Below, one piece after another: positions 49,686-60,954 of a DNA stretch of 64,000 bases (position 1 is its first letter; each line of letters opens with the position of its first letter). Source of the stretch: Cyanobacteria bacterium J06626_4. GTDB taxonomy: Bacteria; Cyanobacteriota; Cyanobacteriia; Phormidesmidales; Phormidesmidaceae. A model generated the notes under the pieces. That model saw only the letters and a list, made by a program, of their open reading frames with translations. It searched no databases and was not told the DNA's origin. The position numbers and the translations under genes are program-made. Where the stretch lies: the NCBI GenBank assembly GCA_038523235.1, contig JBCBJQ010000006.1:63655-127654 (forward strand), given 5' to 3'.

Positions 49686-51203
49686 TTAATCTGGCTTCAT
49701 ACGCTGTTTGAGCTGATCGCCGAAAGAGCTGCGTGATGCTAATCGCGCTTTGCCAGAAGCAGCCCAAGACTGAAGCGCCTCTACCTGCTCTTGGGCCGTA
49801 CGAGCCAAAGGGACAATCTGGCTTGCCGCTTCAAGAATGTCATCAGTTGTAAAATCTCGATCTTGACTAAAGCCAATGTGCATCGCTTCAATAATCGCCT
49901 GTTCAATTTCTGCCCCAGAAAAGTTAGGGGTTTCATAGGCTAGGCGGCCAAGATCATAGCCCTGTAGATTGTGGGCACGCAGACGACCCAAATGAACCTC
50001 ATAGATGGACTGGCGCTCTTCTTGGGCGGGCAGACCAACAAAGAAAATCTCATCGAATCGTCCTTTACGCAAGAGCTCAGAGGGCAGGGCCTGAATATTA
50101 TTGGCAGTGGCCACGACGAATACGGGTGACGTTTTTTCTGCCATCCAGGTAATAAAGGTGCCAAAGACGCGGCTGCTAGTACCAGCGTCCCCTCGGCCAT
50201 CAGTACCGGCGAAGGCCTTATCGATTTCGTCAATCCACAAGACACAGGGGGCTAGGGCTTCGGCGATCTGGATCATCTGCCGGGTGCGTGATTCTGATTC
50301 TCCGATGAGGCCAGCAAAGAGACGGCCCACATCTAACCTGAGCAACGGTAAATGCCAATGGTGAGCGATCGCTTTGGCCGTGAGTGATTTACCGGTGCCT
50401 TGAATGCCCGCCAGCAGCAGTCCCCGGGGGTAAGGCAAGCCATATTGACGCGCTTTTTCGGAGAAGGCGTTGCCCCGCCTTAGCAGCCAGTCTTTCAGGT
50501 TGTCGAGGCCGCCAATGTCTGAAATCTGCTCTTTAGCGGGATAAAAGTCAAGAATCTGCGTTTGTCGAATCGTCTGGCGTTTTTCTTCTAACACCAGTTC
50601 GATATCTTCAGCGCGAAAGGTGCCTTGAGCGGCAATCCCTCGGGCTAGGACTCGGCGAATGCGCTCGATTGATAATCCTTGGCAAGATTGCACAAGCGTG
50701 TCTAAGTCTCCGGCGGCAAGACGGGCGTTTAAACCGGCAAGCAATCGCGTGATCTCAGCGCGAATCTCGTGCACGCTGGGCAGCGCAAACTCAATGACGG
50801 TGACAACTTCAGCTAAGTCATCGGGCACCTGAATTTGGGGAGCCAGCAGCAATATGTTTTTGGGTTGAGATTTGAGGCGGCGCGCTAAATTCCTCAATTT
50901 ACGAGCAATCGCCACATCTTCTAAAAACCGATGATAATCTCTCAGGATAAAGAGAGCAGCGACGGATTCCGGCAATTTCTCAATATGTTCCAGGGCCTGC
51001 AGCGGATTGCGTCGGGCAACGCCCTGATCGGTTGGATTCCCCTGATAGCCATCGACAAAATCCCAAGTGTAGATATTGCGGTTACTCAACTGCTGAGCAG
51101 CAGCGGCGATCGCCCCTTCGACTCTTTCTTCCTCTAAGGTCGAGATGTAGACCACGGGATACCTGGCCCTCAAAAGCAGAAGAAGTTCTTCTTGAAAGGT
51201 CAT
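49686..51203 (-). CDS. ycf46: Ycf46 AAA+ ATPase
   Basis: GIQGTGKS, LWIDEIDK, ELLRKGRFDEIFF. Confidence 0.93.
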   Translation of the reverse strand: MTFQEELLLLLRARYPVVYISTLEEERVEGAIAAAAQQLSNRNIYTWDFVDGYQGNPTDQGVARRNPLQALEHIEKLPESVAALFILRDYHRFLEDVAIARKLRNLARRLKSQPKNILLLAPQIQVPDDLAEVVTVIEFALPSVHEIRAEITRLLAGLNARLAAGDLDTLVQSCQGLSIERIRRVLARGIAAQGTFRAEDIELVLEEKRQTIRQTQILDFYPAKEQISDIGGLDNLKDWLLRRGNAFSEKARQYGLPYPRGLLLAGIQGTGKSLTAKAIAHHWHLPLLRLDVGRLFAGLIGESESRTRQMIQIAEALAPCVLWIDEIDKAFAGTDGRGDAGTSSRVFGTFITWMAEKTSPVFVVATANNIQALPSELLRKGRFDEIFFVGLPAQEERQSIYEVHLGRLRAHNLQGYDLGRLAYETPNFSGAEIEQAIIEAMHIGFSQDRDFTTDDILEAASQIVPLARTAQEQVEALQSWAASGKARLASRSSFGDQLKQRMKPD

Positions 51204-51238
51204 TGTTCACCTACCCATGGCCATAACAACACCGGGAT

Positions 51239-51766
51239 TCAGTTATGAGAAGAGTCGTCAGCTAGCAGCTGTTGCTTCAAAGCCTCTAAAGCTGACCACC
51301 GCTCATCAATCTCCGGCTCCCGATCAGCCGGCGCGTCAACGCTAAGCCCAGAGCACTGTTCGTTACAAATCTGTCGTTGCGGCAAGCTCAAGCAAATCTG
51401 TTCATAGATCCAAGTTTCTGGTTCGAAGTAGCCACTAGGTGACAGGCTCTCGACCAAATCATCAGGAGTGATCTCTTGCTCCAGGGGGAGGTCTTGCGAA
51501 GTGCTGGCTACATCTTCAAGCCAGATAATTTCTTGGGCGTTGATCGCGACGCGATGATTGTATTGCTGCAGACAGCGATCGCACACGAGAGTGACGATGG
51601 TTTTTGCCGTTCCTCGAACATCCAAGAACGTCGTACCATGACGAACGGAAACTTCGGCTCTCACTGGAGTGAGCGTCGCCAAATTATCAAAGGTCGTTTC
51701 AAACAGGAGCGATCGCGTGCGATCAACAGCTTTAAGTAGGTGCGGAATATAGATTGCGTCGTGCAT
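51239..51766 (-). CDS. YceD/DUF177 protein
   Basis: CDRCL and ICNEQCSGL, IDERWSALEALK. Confidence 0.9.
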   Translation of the reverse strand: MHDAIYIPHLLKAVDRTRSLLFETTFDNLATLTPVRAEVSVRHGTTFLDVRGTAKTIVTLVCDRCLQQYNHRVAINAQEIIWLEDVASTSQDLPLEQEITPDDLVESLSPSGYFEPETWIYEQICLSLPQRQICNEQCSGLSVDAPADREPEIDERWSALEALKQQLLADDSSHN

Positions 51767-51801
51767 AGTTCGACTCCCAATCGCACTACTTCTAGGCTCT
51801 C

Positions 51802-52299
51802 CTAAGGGGCCGGCTGTGAAGATTGCCGAACCACTAATCGTCGGTCAGGCTCTCGCCCCCGGCTAAAGGTTTCTAAGCCATCAACCGCAGTAAAGAAGTG
51901 ATGTACTTGTCGCCGCTCAGCCGAAGATAACGCAGCCAGCTCACACTCTTCTCCGGTAGCTTGGGCTTTATCAGCGGCGTCCGTTACAATCGTCATCAGC
52001 TCAGCTTTACGCTTGGCCCGATGACCGGCCAGCTCAATTGTGTAGGGTTGCTGCTCATCGGGCGAGCGGCCCAGATTCAAGATCGTGTTGGCTAAGTACT
52101 GGATAGCATCCAATGAATGACCTTGCTCACCCACCAGTTGCAATAGCTGTTCGGGGAGTAAGTCGGCCGAATCAATCGTCAGCCAGTAGCTGGTGCCAAA
52201 TTCATCTTCAACCCTTGAAGCGCTGATACCAGCAGCAATTCCCTGATAGTTGAGAAGCGTTTTTAGCCACTCAATGCCCACATTTTCAGCATTTTCCAT
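51802..52299 (-). CDS. jag: Jag/KhpB-like KH-R3H RNA-binding protein
   Basis: GEQGHSLDAIQYL, LSSAERRQVH, SRGREPDRRLVV; follows yidC. Confidence 0.88.
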   Translation of the reverse strand: MENAENVGIEWLKTLLNYQGIAAGISASRVEDEFGTSYWLTIDSADLLPEQLLQLVGEQGHSLDAIQYLANTILNLGRSPDEQQPYTIELAGHRAKRKAELMTIVTDAADKAQATGEECELAALSSAERRQVHHFFTAVDGLETFSRGREPDRRLVVRQSSQPAP

Positions 52300-52305
52300 A
52301 GCCGT

Positions 52306-53463
52306 TTACGATGCCTTCTTTTTCTTCTTAGAACGACTGGGTTCAAACGGTAAAGTCTGCCGACCATCTTCAGTGGTGATGACTGCAGCCTCGGCATCTA
52401 CAATTTTCTGTAGATTTTCAGGCAATGGCTCCTTCGACAGAATAAAGCTTTGCAGTGTTTGAAAGATGTTGGCAATCACCATGTACATCAAAACGCCAGC
52501 TGGCAAAGGGAAAAACAAGAACATCCCCGAGAAAATGATCGGCGTGAACTTGCTGATTGCGGCCTGCTGCGGATTTTCGTTGTTAGTAGGCCCTTGACCC
52601 GCAAGTAGCTGGTTAGCGTACAAACTCACCCCAAAGGTCAATACCATCAGCAAGATGTCCCAGTGAATCTCACCTTCATCGCCCATGACTCCAACTCTGC
52701 CCAGGGCTTCAATAAATAAGAAGCCTTTCTGCGACGCCAAGCCTGGCACTTTTACCTGCAGCGTGACATCTCCAGGAGCTAGCGCTTCAATACTGCCGTC
52801 GTCATTGACACTAACGAGTTCACCGCCTTTGGTTGCCTCTACATAAGGTTTAAGAGAAGACGCCTCATCATATTCTTGGACCAGTTGACTCAACGATTCG
52901 CCGTCACCATCCTGCAGACGAAAGTCTGTTTTTTCACCCACTACCAAGCGGTTGCCGCCAGGCACAACAACCGACATGGGGAAATGCACCCCATCGGTAA
53001 CATAGACGTTTTTAGGGGACGTTGAGAAGGCTTGCGGCTGAATCTGAGCAATCTTCTCTTGAGGGAAAATTTCTAGATTCACAGGGTAAGAAACATCAGA
53101 AAAAGGCGATCCCCGCAGCGTTGCGAACAGGGCAAATAAGATCGGCATCTGGAGAATGACGGGGAAGCAACCGGCCAAGGGGTTGCCAAACTCCTTGTAG
53201 ACCTTGCCCATCTCTTCTTGCAGCTTAGAAGGATCGTCTTTATGACGCTCTTGAATTTCTTTGACGCGCTTCTGCATGGCGGGCTGAGCCACTTTCATGC
53301 GTCGCATATTGCGAATTGAACCAGCGTTGAGAGGGTAAAGCGCAAATCGAATCACTAATGTCAGCGCCACGATCGCAAGACCGTAGCTAGGCACAACCCC
53401 GTAGAAAAAATCCAGGATTGGCAACATGATGTTGTTGGAAAGAAAGCCGATACCAAAATCCAT
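52306..53463 (-). CDS. yidC: Membrane protein insertase YidC/Alb3
   Basis: [36 protein letters not shown]. Confidence 0.97.
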   Translation of the reverse strand: MDFGIGFLSNNIMLPILDFFYGVVPSYGLAIVALTLVIRFALYPLNAGSIRNMRRMKVAQPAMQKRVKEIQERHKDDPSKLQEEMGKVYKEFGNPLAGCFPVILQMPILFALFATLRGSPFSDVSYPVNLEIFPQEKIAQIQPQAFSTSPKNVYVTDGVHFPMSVVVPGGNRLVVGEKTDFRLQDGDGESLSQLVQEYDEASSLKPYVEATKGGELVSVNDDGSIEALAPGDVTLQVKVPGLASQKGFLFIEALGRVGVMGDEGEIHWDILLMVLTFGVSLYANQLLAGQGPTNNENPQQAAISKFTPIIFSGMFLFFPLPAGVLMYMVIANIFQTLQSFILSKEPLPENLQKIVDAEAAVITTEDGRQTLPFEPSRSKKKKKAS

Positions 53464-53631
53464 TCGCGCTCTACCTCTGTGGGCCTGCAGTGATCGTCCG
53501 TCTAAATTTCAAGTACCTATAACAGCGTAACGCTCTGTCAGGCATCTCCGTAACCCATTAGGCACCTTAACATTTAGTTGCCAAACCTTTTACAAACTGA
53601 GGTTACGGATACCTACCCGACCACAGTGAGG

Positions 53632-54024
53632 TTAACTCCCCAAGGCCCCGCTGACGGCTTTGGCCTTAGATGAAAGCTTATCGTTGATGTAGCTGTAGGT
53701 CTCCCGAAACTTAGGCACTGCCCGGAGCTCTAGTTTGCTGCCATCTTTGAGCGTAATCACCATGTCACCCCAGAGCCCTAAGCCTCGGGGCACTGTGACA
53801 ATCTTATTGATTTCGGAATAAATAATATCTGAGCGCGTTTGCCCTCGCCAGCCACTCGTAATCGATACGCGGCGGCTAGTAATGCGATAGCGCAGCCAAA
53901 GGGCGCGGGCGATCGCCCCGACCGTCAAGGGAATACAAACCAGCGTAAACGCTAGCAAGGCATTAATAATGAGGTCACCGATATGCGGCCCCCCCTCATA
54001 AAAAACCTCCTCCTTAATACCCAT
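53632..54024 (-). CDS. Bacterial PH-domain membrane protein
   Basis: MGIKEEVFYEGGPH..RYRITSRR..WGDMVITLKDG; conserved position between rnpA and yidC. Confidence 0.88.
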   Translation of the reverse strand: MGIKEEVFYEGGPHIGDLIINALLAFTLVCIPLTVGAIARALWLRYRITSRRVSITSGWRGQTRSDIIYSEINKIVTVPRGLGLWGDMVITLKDGSKLELRAVPKFRETYSYINDKLSSKAKAVSGALGS

Positions 54025-54376
54025 CGAATACCTCAAGCTCTAAAAACAACTGTTCTAATTCTCGCAGAAATTGCCAATAGTCGCAGTGCACAGCTGGTGA
54101 CCTGAGAATAATGACGATCCAGAGGTTCGATTTCAGACGGGGAATTAACGCCTGCAGCCCGCCTCTAATTTGACGCTTGAGCCGATTTCGGCGAACTGCC
54201 CGTTTGCTGACTTTTTGACTGATGGTTATACCGAAACGGGAGCAGCCCGAGGTGGACTGCTCCGCAATTTCTAGAACTCTGACGGCTAAATTCTGAGTAG
54301 AAGCTTGCTTACCGTATCGGTAAACCTTGGAAAATTCCTTTGTCCGAGTTAGCCGATATGGTTTGGGTAATGCCAC
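54014..54376 (-). CDS. rnpA: Ribonuclease P protein component
   Basis: LPKPYRL..FGITISQKVSKRAVRRNRLKRQ; likely GTG start at 54376. Confidence 0.95.
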   Translation of the reverse strand: MALPKPYRLTRTKEFSKVYRYGKQASTQNLAVRVLEIAEQSTSGCSRFGITISQKVSKRAVRRNRLKRQIRGGLQALIPRLKSNLWIVIILRSPAVHCDYWQFLRELEQLFLELEVFDGY

Positions 54377-54470
54377 TAGCCTGTACTTGTGGGCGTTTTT
54401 TGCCGGCATCGTCAGCAGACTAGGCACTCACTGTCCGCGGAGTGACGGCGTCATTACGCCGATGCGATGA

Positions 54471-54608
54471 CTAAACGGCAAGCTGTGCCCGCCCTTTCCG
54501 GCGGCGTGAACGAATCACCCGGCGTCCAGTCGCGGTCCGCATGCGAGCGCGGAAACCGGATGTCCGCTTTTGCTTACGGTTAGTACCGCCCAACGTTCTT
54601 TTTGTCAT
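54471..54608 (-). CDS. rpmH: 50S ribosomal protein L34
   Basis: [31 protein letters not shown]. Confidence 0.98.
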   Translation of the reverse strand: MTKRTLGGTNRKQKRTSGFRARMRTATGRRVIRSRRRKGRAQLAV

Positions 54609-54725
54609 AGTTAATCTCTTCCCTACAGGCCAGGCAACCAGCGAGATCAGTCGCTGGTTGCCTGCTACCAACTTCTTAAGACACAGTCTTAGATAGTAAC
54701 ATCAAACTCTAAGAGACTCCAAAGG

Positions 54726-55277
54726 CTATTCTGCCGACACCTCAAGGGGCCAGACGCCAACAAACTCTCTCAACGGCCCGCCCTGGTAGAGCGCATCTAA
54801 GAGAAAGAAGTGGTTGCCATACCGATTAGGGTTGCGGACATCATGCAAAACAATGACAAAGCTGCTGTTGGCAGCAATCGGCTCAGTCGGATAGATCTCG
54901 AAAATATTGGCTTCTTCGTTGACAATAATTTCGTCAACTTCGATGGTGGCGCCACCTCGACCGTTCCCTTCGCGAAGTTCGATGCGGGTCTTGCTAAAGT
55001 GCCCCCCTTCTTCTTCGAATTCTTCGGGGTAATTGACCTGAAGCTCTAGCACCTCTTGGGTGACCTTCCGCCCTGCTACCCGGAGATAGTAACGGGCATC
55101 GGAACTGCGGCGTTCGTTGTTGTCAATGTAGTAGCTCAGGCGAAACTCAGAATCCACGCCACCAAAAATGGTCAAACCGTCTGTTGTTTGAGCGATCGCA
55201 GTGGTGGTAGCGAGGGTGAAGCCCGAAACTGCCAAAACGCCCAACAAGCTTCGACTTAGCCAACGTTTAAGTGTCAT
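54726..55277 (-). CDS. DUF2808-like secreted cyanobacterial protein
   Basis: Signal peptide (AIA-Q), GLTIFGGV, VRNPNRYG, VGVWPL; upstream of rpmH. Confidence 0.8.
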   Translation of the reverse strand: MTLKRWLSRSLLGVLAVSGFTLATTTAIAQTTDGLTIFGGVDSEFRLSYYIDNNERRSSDARYYLRVAGRKVTQEVLELQVNYPEEFEEEGGHFSKTRIELREGNGRGGATIEVDEIIVNEEANIFEIYPTEPIAANSSFVIVLHDVRNPNRYGNHFFLLDALYQGGPLREFVGVWPLEVSAE

Positions 55278-55672
55278 TGATCCGCTCCTAAAAACTGCAT
55301 GTTTAATTATTGTGTGCCTAATCCCACCATGGCACCCAGGACGATCAGCCTGTCTGAAAAGTGTCCACTTGAGTGGAACAGGCAAGGACGAGGCGCTCTC
55401 TATTCCCTTTCACTAGGCTAACTCCAGTGTGTAATCACGAGAGAGCCAAACCTATATGTTGCAATTTTATCACTGATCTTTTATGACAATTGGCAGTAGC
55501 GTAAGTTGCCATCACAGGCTTTTTTCTCACCGTGGGGCGAGCAAATCCGATTTGAGCTGGGTGAGCGGCTGGTCGCTAGGGATCAGAGGCGACCCACTGG
55601 CCAAGGCTGCTGACTGCAATCATTAGCATTGTCCCAATGTCTCAGGCGATCAGTTTGGGAAGCAGGTTTTAT

Positions 55673-55712
55673 CCAGTCTGACTCTCAATCAGCCAGACTG
55701 ACTCTCAATCAG
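55673..55712. repeat. 20-bp tandem duplication
   Basis: CCAGTCTGACTCTCAATCAG CCAGACTGACTCTCAATCAG (1 mismatch). Confidence 0.9.
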
Positions 55713-56056
55713 TCGGATCATTACATCAGTCTGCTTAGTTCAATCATTAAAACCCGATCGATTTGTGCAAATTCGCCTAGCCGTTGTCCAGTGTTCTAGG
55801 TATTTCGAGACTCTCGATATCGAATACAGGTCGAAAAAACTCAGACTAAAAATCCTCCTTCTCTTGATTCGGAGCCGGAACAGGTTGACTTTTTCATCAT
55901 TAGAACCGTCCTGATATTGACAATCGCCAAACGGATGGATTTTCATTATTTCACCTGCAGCCAGAGGCGGTGATTAGTTGGCAGTTCAAGGTGAGTGCTG
56001 TAGCAGTTTTAGCGCCTAGTTTAATTTGCGCGGCGAGCGCGGTCAGGCTGCTTCCC

Positions 56057-56090
56057 TGAGGTTCTGGCAATTATGAGGTTCTGGCAATTA
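56057..56090. repeat. 17-bp perfect tandem duplication
   Basis: TGAGGTTCTGGCAATTA, two copies. Confidence 0.9.
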
Positions 56091-56763
56091 ATGGATGACC
56101 TGCCCTAATTCACACGGTCGAATATGTAAAAGCGTCTGCCAGCGACTGTGAACCTATCAATTTTATTCACAATTCTCAGGCCTGAAGATACCTTTAGGCT
56201 TGGAGAGCTGGTCAAGAAATTGCCATGTTCACGAGGGACGAATTATTGCGTTGCCGTGTCAAGCGATCGAGGTTAAGTTTCGTTTCGACGATATGACAGA
56301 GGATGTTGATAATTTTCCAGGAATGTAAAAAAAGGCTGATCAACACTCTATTTCTGAAGCGATCGCGTTAAAAACAGAGCAACAAAGCTAATGACCTAGG
56401 TGGCCATTGGTCTTTAAGTTTTGGATGAAGTGTTGATGGTGTGCTGTCGTTCACGAGATCACGGGGGCTGGCAATAGGGCGGCTTCGACGGTGATGGCAA
56501 TGCCGGATGGGCGGCTGCTAAATCAGGTTTTGCAGCGTCGGAACACCGGCTAGCAAGGTTGCCGCCGCTGATTATGGGTCAAATGTTCCTGCTCAGACCT
56601 TGGGTTTGAGGATTTTGATTGCGTCGGGCTATTTTTTTGCCGGTTTGTTTTCTAGACAGATCGGTCAGACCATGTCACTTAAAAATGGTGGCCTGGTTGG
56701 CGATCGCAACTGAATCGCTGAGTAAGACAGATCAATCGCAACTACATTTAGGAGAAAATTTTT

Positions 56764-58371
56764 ATGACAGCTGTGATCGCATCCAATCCGAACGCCCCTT
56801 CTGACCCCCGCCCTGCCATGCGACTCGGCATTCCTCGAGAAGTTGCAGCAGGCGAGCGACGAGTCGCGGCGACCCCTGACACCGTCAAGAAGTTGCAAAA
56901 GTCAGGTTTTGAAGTGTGGGTTGAATCTGGCGCTGGAGTCGCGGCGAGCTTTCCTGATGCGGCCTATGCGGCAGTGGGCGGCCATGTGGTTCAAGATGTG
57001 GCAGCTCTGTGGGCTGAGTCAGATATCGTTCTCAAGGTGCGTGCGCCCCAGTGGCATCCGGAGCTAGACCAAGATGAGACCGATCTGCTGCGTCCCGGCG
57101 GCCAGTTGGTGAGCTTCATTTGGCCCGCGCAAAATCCCGCTTTATTAGAAAAGCTCGCGGCGAAAGGCGCGACGGTGATGGCGATGGATGCGGTGCCTCG
57201 CATCACTCGGGCGCAAAAGCTGGATGCCCTCAGTTCGATGGCTAACCTGGCGGGCTATCGCGCCGTCATTGAGGCGGCTCACCAATTTGGTCGAGGCTTC
57301 ACCGGGCAGATTACCGCTGCCGGCAAAATTCCACCCTGCAAGGTCTTGGTGATTGGGGCAGGGGTGGCCGGGCTCGCAGCGATCGGAGCGGCTCGTGGCT
57401 TGGGTGCCGTGGTGCGCGCGTTTGACACCCGCCCCGTGGTCAAAGAGCAGGTGCAAAGCCTCGGGGCCGAGTTTTTGGAACTGCATTTTGAGGAAGACAG
57501 CGAAGGCTCTGGCGGCTACGCCAAGGTCATGAGTCCGGCCTTTATTGCGGCGGAAATGGCATTGTTTGCTCAGCAGGCGGCAGAAGTCGACGTCATCATT
57601 ACGACGGCCTTGATTCCGGGCAAGGCGGCGCCGCGCCTAGTGACGCAGGAAATGGTGGAAGCGATGAAGCCCGGTTCCATCATTGTGGATATGGCCGCCG
57701 AACAAGGCGGCAACTGCGAGCTGACTCGCCCCAACGAAATTTATGACCATCATGGGGTCAAGATTGTGGGCCTGACGGATCTGGCCAGCCGCATGGCCAA
57801 TCAAGCCAGCCAGCTATATGGGACTAACCTCGTCCATTTGCTCAATGAGTTGGGGGGGGCAACAGAGCACACCGTGGATATGACGGATGACGTCGTGCGT
57901 CAGACCACCGTCGTTTTGGCTGGAGAGGTGGTGTGGCCCGCCCCGCCGCTGGAGCGCCCGACGCCCCCTCAGCCTCCGACGAAAGCGGCACCGGCAGCGA
58001 TTGAAACGGTGAAAGAAACCCGGTTCGGCCTTGTGAAGCAGCTGCTCTGGCCGGTCATCATTGGAGCCGCACTGTTTGGCATTGGGGGCTACGCACCGGA
58101 ATCCTTTATCTCGCACTTTACCGTCTTTGTGATGGCGATCTTTTTAGGCTGGAAGGTGATTTGGGATGTGACGCCAGCCCTGCACACGCCCCTCATGAGT
58201 GTCACCAATGCCATTAGCGGCATCATCATCATTGGCGGCATGCTGCAAGTCTCGGGGCCATTGACCTCGACCGTGACGATTTTGGGGGCGATCGCCATTT
58301 TTGTCAGCACGCTCAACATTGCTGGCGGCTTTTTTGTCACCCAACGCATGTTGAATATGTTCCGCAAGTAG
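56764..58371 (+). CDS. pntA: NAD(P) transhydrogenase subunit alpha
   Basis: ERRVAATP, GAGVAGLAA, GGYAK, LHTPLMSVTNAISG. Confidence 0.98.
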   Translation: MTAVIASNPNAPSDPRPAMRLGIPREVAAGERRVAATPDTVKKLQKSGFEVWVESGAGVAASFPDAAYAAVGGHVVQDVAALWAESDIVLKVRAPQWHPELDQDETDLLRPGGQLVSFIWPAQNPALLEKLAAKGATVMAMDAVPRITRAQKLDALSSMANLAGYRAVIEAAHQFGRGFTGQITAAGKIPPCKVLVIGAGVAGLAAIGAARGLGAVVRAFDTRPVVKEQVQSLGAEFLELHFEEDSEGSGGYAKVMSPAFIAAEMALFAQQAAEVDVIITTALIPGKAAPRLVTQEMVEAMKPGSIIVDMAAEQGGNCELTRPNEIYDHHGVKIVGLTDLASRMANQASQLYGTNLVHLLNELGGATEHTVDMTDDVVRQTTVVLAGEVVWPAPPLERPTPPQPPTKAAPAAIETVKETRFGLVKQLLWPVIIGAALFGIGGYAPESFISHFTVFVMAIFLGWKVIWDVTPALHTPLMSVTNAISGIIIIGGMLQVSGPLTSTVTILGAIAIFVSTLNIAGGFFVTQRMLNMFRK

Positions 58372-58416
58372 CCGACGACCTGTACTGCACCGAAACACCG
58401 CAATAAGGATTGAACG

Positions 58417-59850
58417 ATGTCTCATAATCTGTTGACGGTTGCGTATATCGCGGCCAGCATTCTATTTATTCTCAGCCTGGGTGGCCTCTCGAACCCCGAA
58501 ACGGCTCGACGCGGTAACCTCTACGGCATTGCCGGTATGGTGGTGGCGCTTGGTGCCACTGCTCTCAGCCGCGAAGTGAGCGGCTACGGCGTATTGTTAG
58601 CGTCGATGGTTCCCGCCATTTGGATCGGTGGACTGATTGCCACCCGCGCGGCGATGACCTCAATGCCCCAACTGGTCGGGTTGCTCAACGGCTTTGGCGG
58701 TTTGGCGGCAGTACTGGTCGGGTATGCCAGCTATCTCAATCCAGATGCTTCTCTAATCGGTATCGATTTCACAATTCACAAGGTAGAAGCCTTTATTGGG
58801 GTCTTTATTGGGTCAGTGACCTTTATCGGCTCTTTGATTGCCTGTGGCAAGCTGCAGGGCTGGGTGTCGAGCAAGGCGGTGTTGCTGCCTGGGCGGCATT
58901 TGCTGAATATCGGTTTGTTAGGGGCCGTCATCGGTCTGGGCTATTACTACATGACGGTGGGCGAAGCCGCTGGGCTATTGCCGCTGGGCATCATGACGGC
59001 GATCGCTGCCATTTTGGGCTCGACCCTAGTGCTCGCTATTGGCGGGGCTGATATGCCGGTGGTGATCTCGATTCTCAACAGCTATTCCGGTTGGGGCGCG
59101 GCGGCAGCGGGCTTCATGCTCAACAACGATTTGCTGATTGTGACCGGGGCGCTCGTCGGTAGCAGTGGCCTGATTTTGAGCTACATCATGTGCCAGGCGA
59201 TGAACCGCTCATTTGCCAATGTCTTACTCGGTGGTTTTGGCAACACGGCCTATGTTGGCAAGGCGGTAGAAGGCGAGGCGACCCCGACCTCAGTCGATGA
59301 GACCGTGGAACTGCTAGAGACTGCTGATAGCGTAGTGATTGTGCCGGGGTATGGCATGGCCGTCGCTCAAGCCCAGCATGCGGTCGCTGACATCACCAAA
59401 ACCTTGCGTGATCGCGGTGCGCAAGTGCGGTTTGGCATTCACCCGGTCGCGGGTCGCCTGCCCGGTCACATGAATGTGTTGTTGGCTGAGGCTAACGTGC
59501 CCTACGACATCGTGTTAGAGATGGACGAAATTAACGACGATCTCTCATCCACAGACGTGGTGCTGGTGATTGGGGCGAATGATACGGTCAACCCCAGCGC
59601 GTTGGAAGATCCCGACAGCCCGATGGCCGGGATGCCGGTCTTGGAAGTCTGGCAGGCGCGGCATGTGGTGGTGCTCAAGCGCAGCCTGTCTGCAGGCTAT
59701 GCCGGGGTCGCCAATCCCCTGTTCTATAAACCCAACGTATCGATGCTGTTTGGCGATGCGCGGTCTAATGTGTCGGCAATTCTTAGCCAACTGACGCAGA
59801 CGGCTGAGACCAATGCCGCTCAGACGGCTGTGCTCACCGGGGCGAAATAA
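58417..59850 (+). CDS. pntB: NAD(P) transhydrogenase subunit beta
   Basis: [47 protein letters not shown]. Confidence 0.98.
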   Translation: MSHNLLTVAYIAASILFILSLGGLSNPETARRGNLYGIAGMVVALGATALSREVSGYGVLLASMVPAIWIGGLIATRAAMTSMPQLVGLLNGFGGLAAVLVGYASYLNPDASLIGIDFTIHKVEAFIGVFIGSVTFIGSLIACGKLQGWVSSKAVLLPGRHLLNIGLLGAVIGLGYYYMTVGEAAGLLPLGIMTAIAAILGSTLVLAIGGADMPVVISILNSYSGWGAAAAGFMLNNDLLIVTGALVGSSGLILSYIMCQAMNRSFANVLLGGFGNTAYVGKAVEGEATPTSVDETVELLETADSVVIVPGYGMAVAQAQHAVADITKTLRDRGAQVRFGIHPVAGRLPGHMNVLLAEANVPYDIVLEMDEINDDLSSTDVVLVIGANDTVNPSALEDPDSPMAGMPVLEVWQARHVVVLKRSLSAGYAGVANPLFYKPNVSMLFGDARSNVSAILSQLTQTAETNAAQTAVLTGAK

Positions 59851-60249
59851 GTCAAAGGAGCCTTTGATGGTAGGTTCCTGAGCGATTCTCAGCGCCGGTG
59901 TTGCAAACGGATTAATCTATTTGCAGCATCGGCGCTGATTTGGCTTTAAAGGCGGTGATGTCACGCGGAAAATAGTTGAGACAGATGAACGTCTCGGGAT
60001 GCTGAGAGACTGGGACACGGGCGCGGTCAAGCTGAGTCATCCAGCCTGAAGATGGGCGAATGGGGCAATCGCCCAACCGCTGAACTGGCTCGTTCAAAGG
60101 CTGACAGTGGGGGTCTGAGCATTTGGTGATATTGGCCTAAAACGCTCCCACTGAGAGGATTCGGCTGATCCTTACCATGCTTGAGAAAGAATCCGATACA
60201 CTAATGCTTAAAGAGATCATGGTTTTTTATTACCTTTAACAGTGTGACA

Positions 60250-60573
60250 ATGGCAGGCTTTAATTCAGCAGTGTCAATGGCGGCCTCGTCGCCAGCGATC
60301 GCTCCCGAGAAGACTCGTCAGACAGTACGAAAGCCCTATCCCACCTACAAGATCATTGTGCTGAATGATGATTTCAACACGTTTCAGCACGTGGTCGATT
60401 GTCTGACCAAATATATTCCCGGCATGAGCGGCGATCAGGCTTGGGATCTAGCCCATCAAATTCATAACGACGGACAGGCGATCGTGTGGACTGGGCCGTT
60501 AGAGCAAGCCGAACTTTATCACAGTCAGCTCAGTCGGGCTGGGTTAACGATGGCTCCCTTGGAGCAGGCATAG
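60250..60573 (+). CDS. clpS: ATP-dependent Clp protease adaptor
   Basis: YKIIVLNDDFNTFQHVV..IHNDGQAIVW..GLTMAPLE. Start uncertain (60244, 60250 or 60277). Confidence 0.92.
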   Translation: MAGFNSAVSMAASSPAIAPEKTRQTVRKPYPTYKIIVLNDDFNTFQHVVDCLTKYIPGMSGDQAWDLAHQIHNDGQAIVWTGPLEQAELYHSQLSRAGLTMAPLEQA

Positions 60574-60651
60574 CCGCATCGCCTCTCGCTGCTTCCCATC
60601 TGTCGGTAGCGCCCAGGCACCTCCATACGCATTCAATCAGCAAGGTCGATA

Positions 60652-60954
60652 GTGGGTAAGCCAACGCCAGGGCGCTTAGTGTGGAATCATTCCACTCACA
60701 TTCCGGGACTGATTCCAGTTTTAGAAACGCTGCTGGCGCAGGCGCTACTGGTGCGGACGGTGACGCCGGGGCGACTGTCTACCGTTCGCAGTCATGCCCC
60801 GCATCTGCGCTTAAAAGTCTCCGTGCCCATTCGCGGTGGCTTCAAACTGATTGCTCGTAAAGGCAAATCGGCCCAAGAGGTCTTCGTACTGACGGAGTTA
60901 GCTCAGCCTCAGTTAGAAGCGGCGATCGCTCAGGCGATTGAAACCCGTAGATGA
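60652..60954 (+). CDS. DUF2103 family protein
   Basis: GRLVWNHSTHIPGLIPVLE..GGFKLIARKGKSAQEVF. Confidence 0.85.
   Translation: MGKPTPGRLVWNHSTHIPGLIPVLETLLAQALLVRTVTPGRLSTVRSHAPHLRLKVSVPIRGGFKLIARKGKSAQEVFVLTELAQPQLEAAIAQAIETRR

Noticed and set aside
55590..55665. CCACTG...GGGAAG resembling a cobalamin riboswitch core
   Set aside because: The upstream conserved elements and B12 box are not recognisable, and the neighbouring genes are not B12-related.
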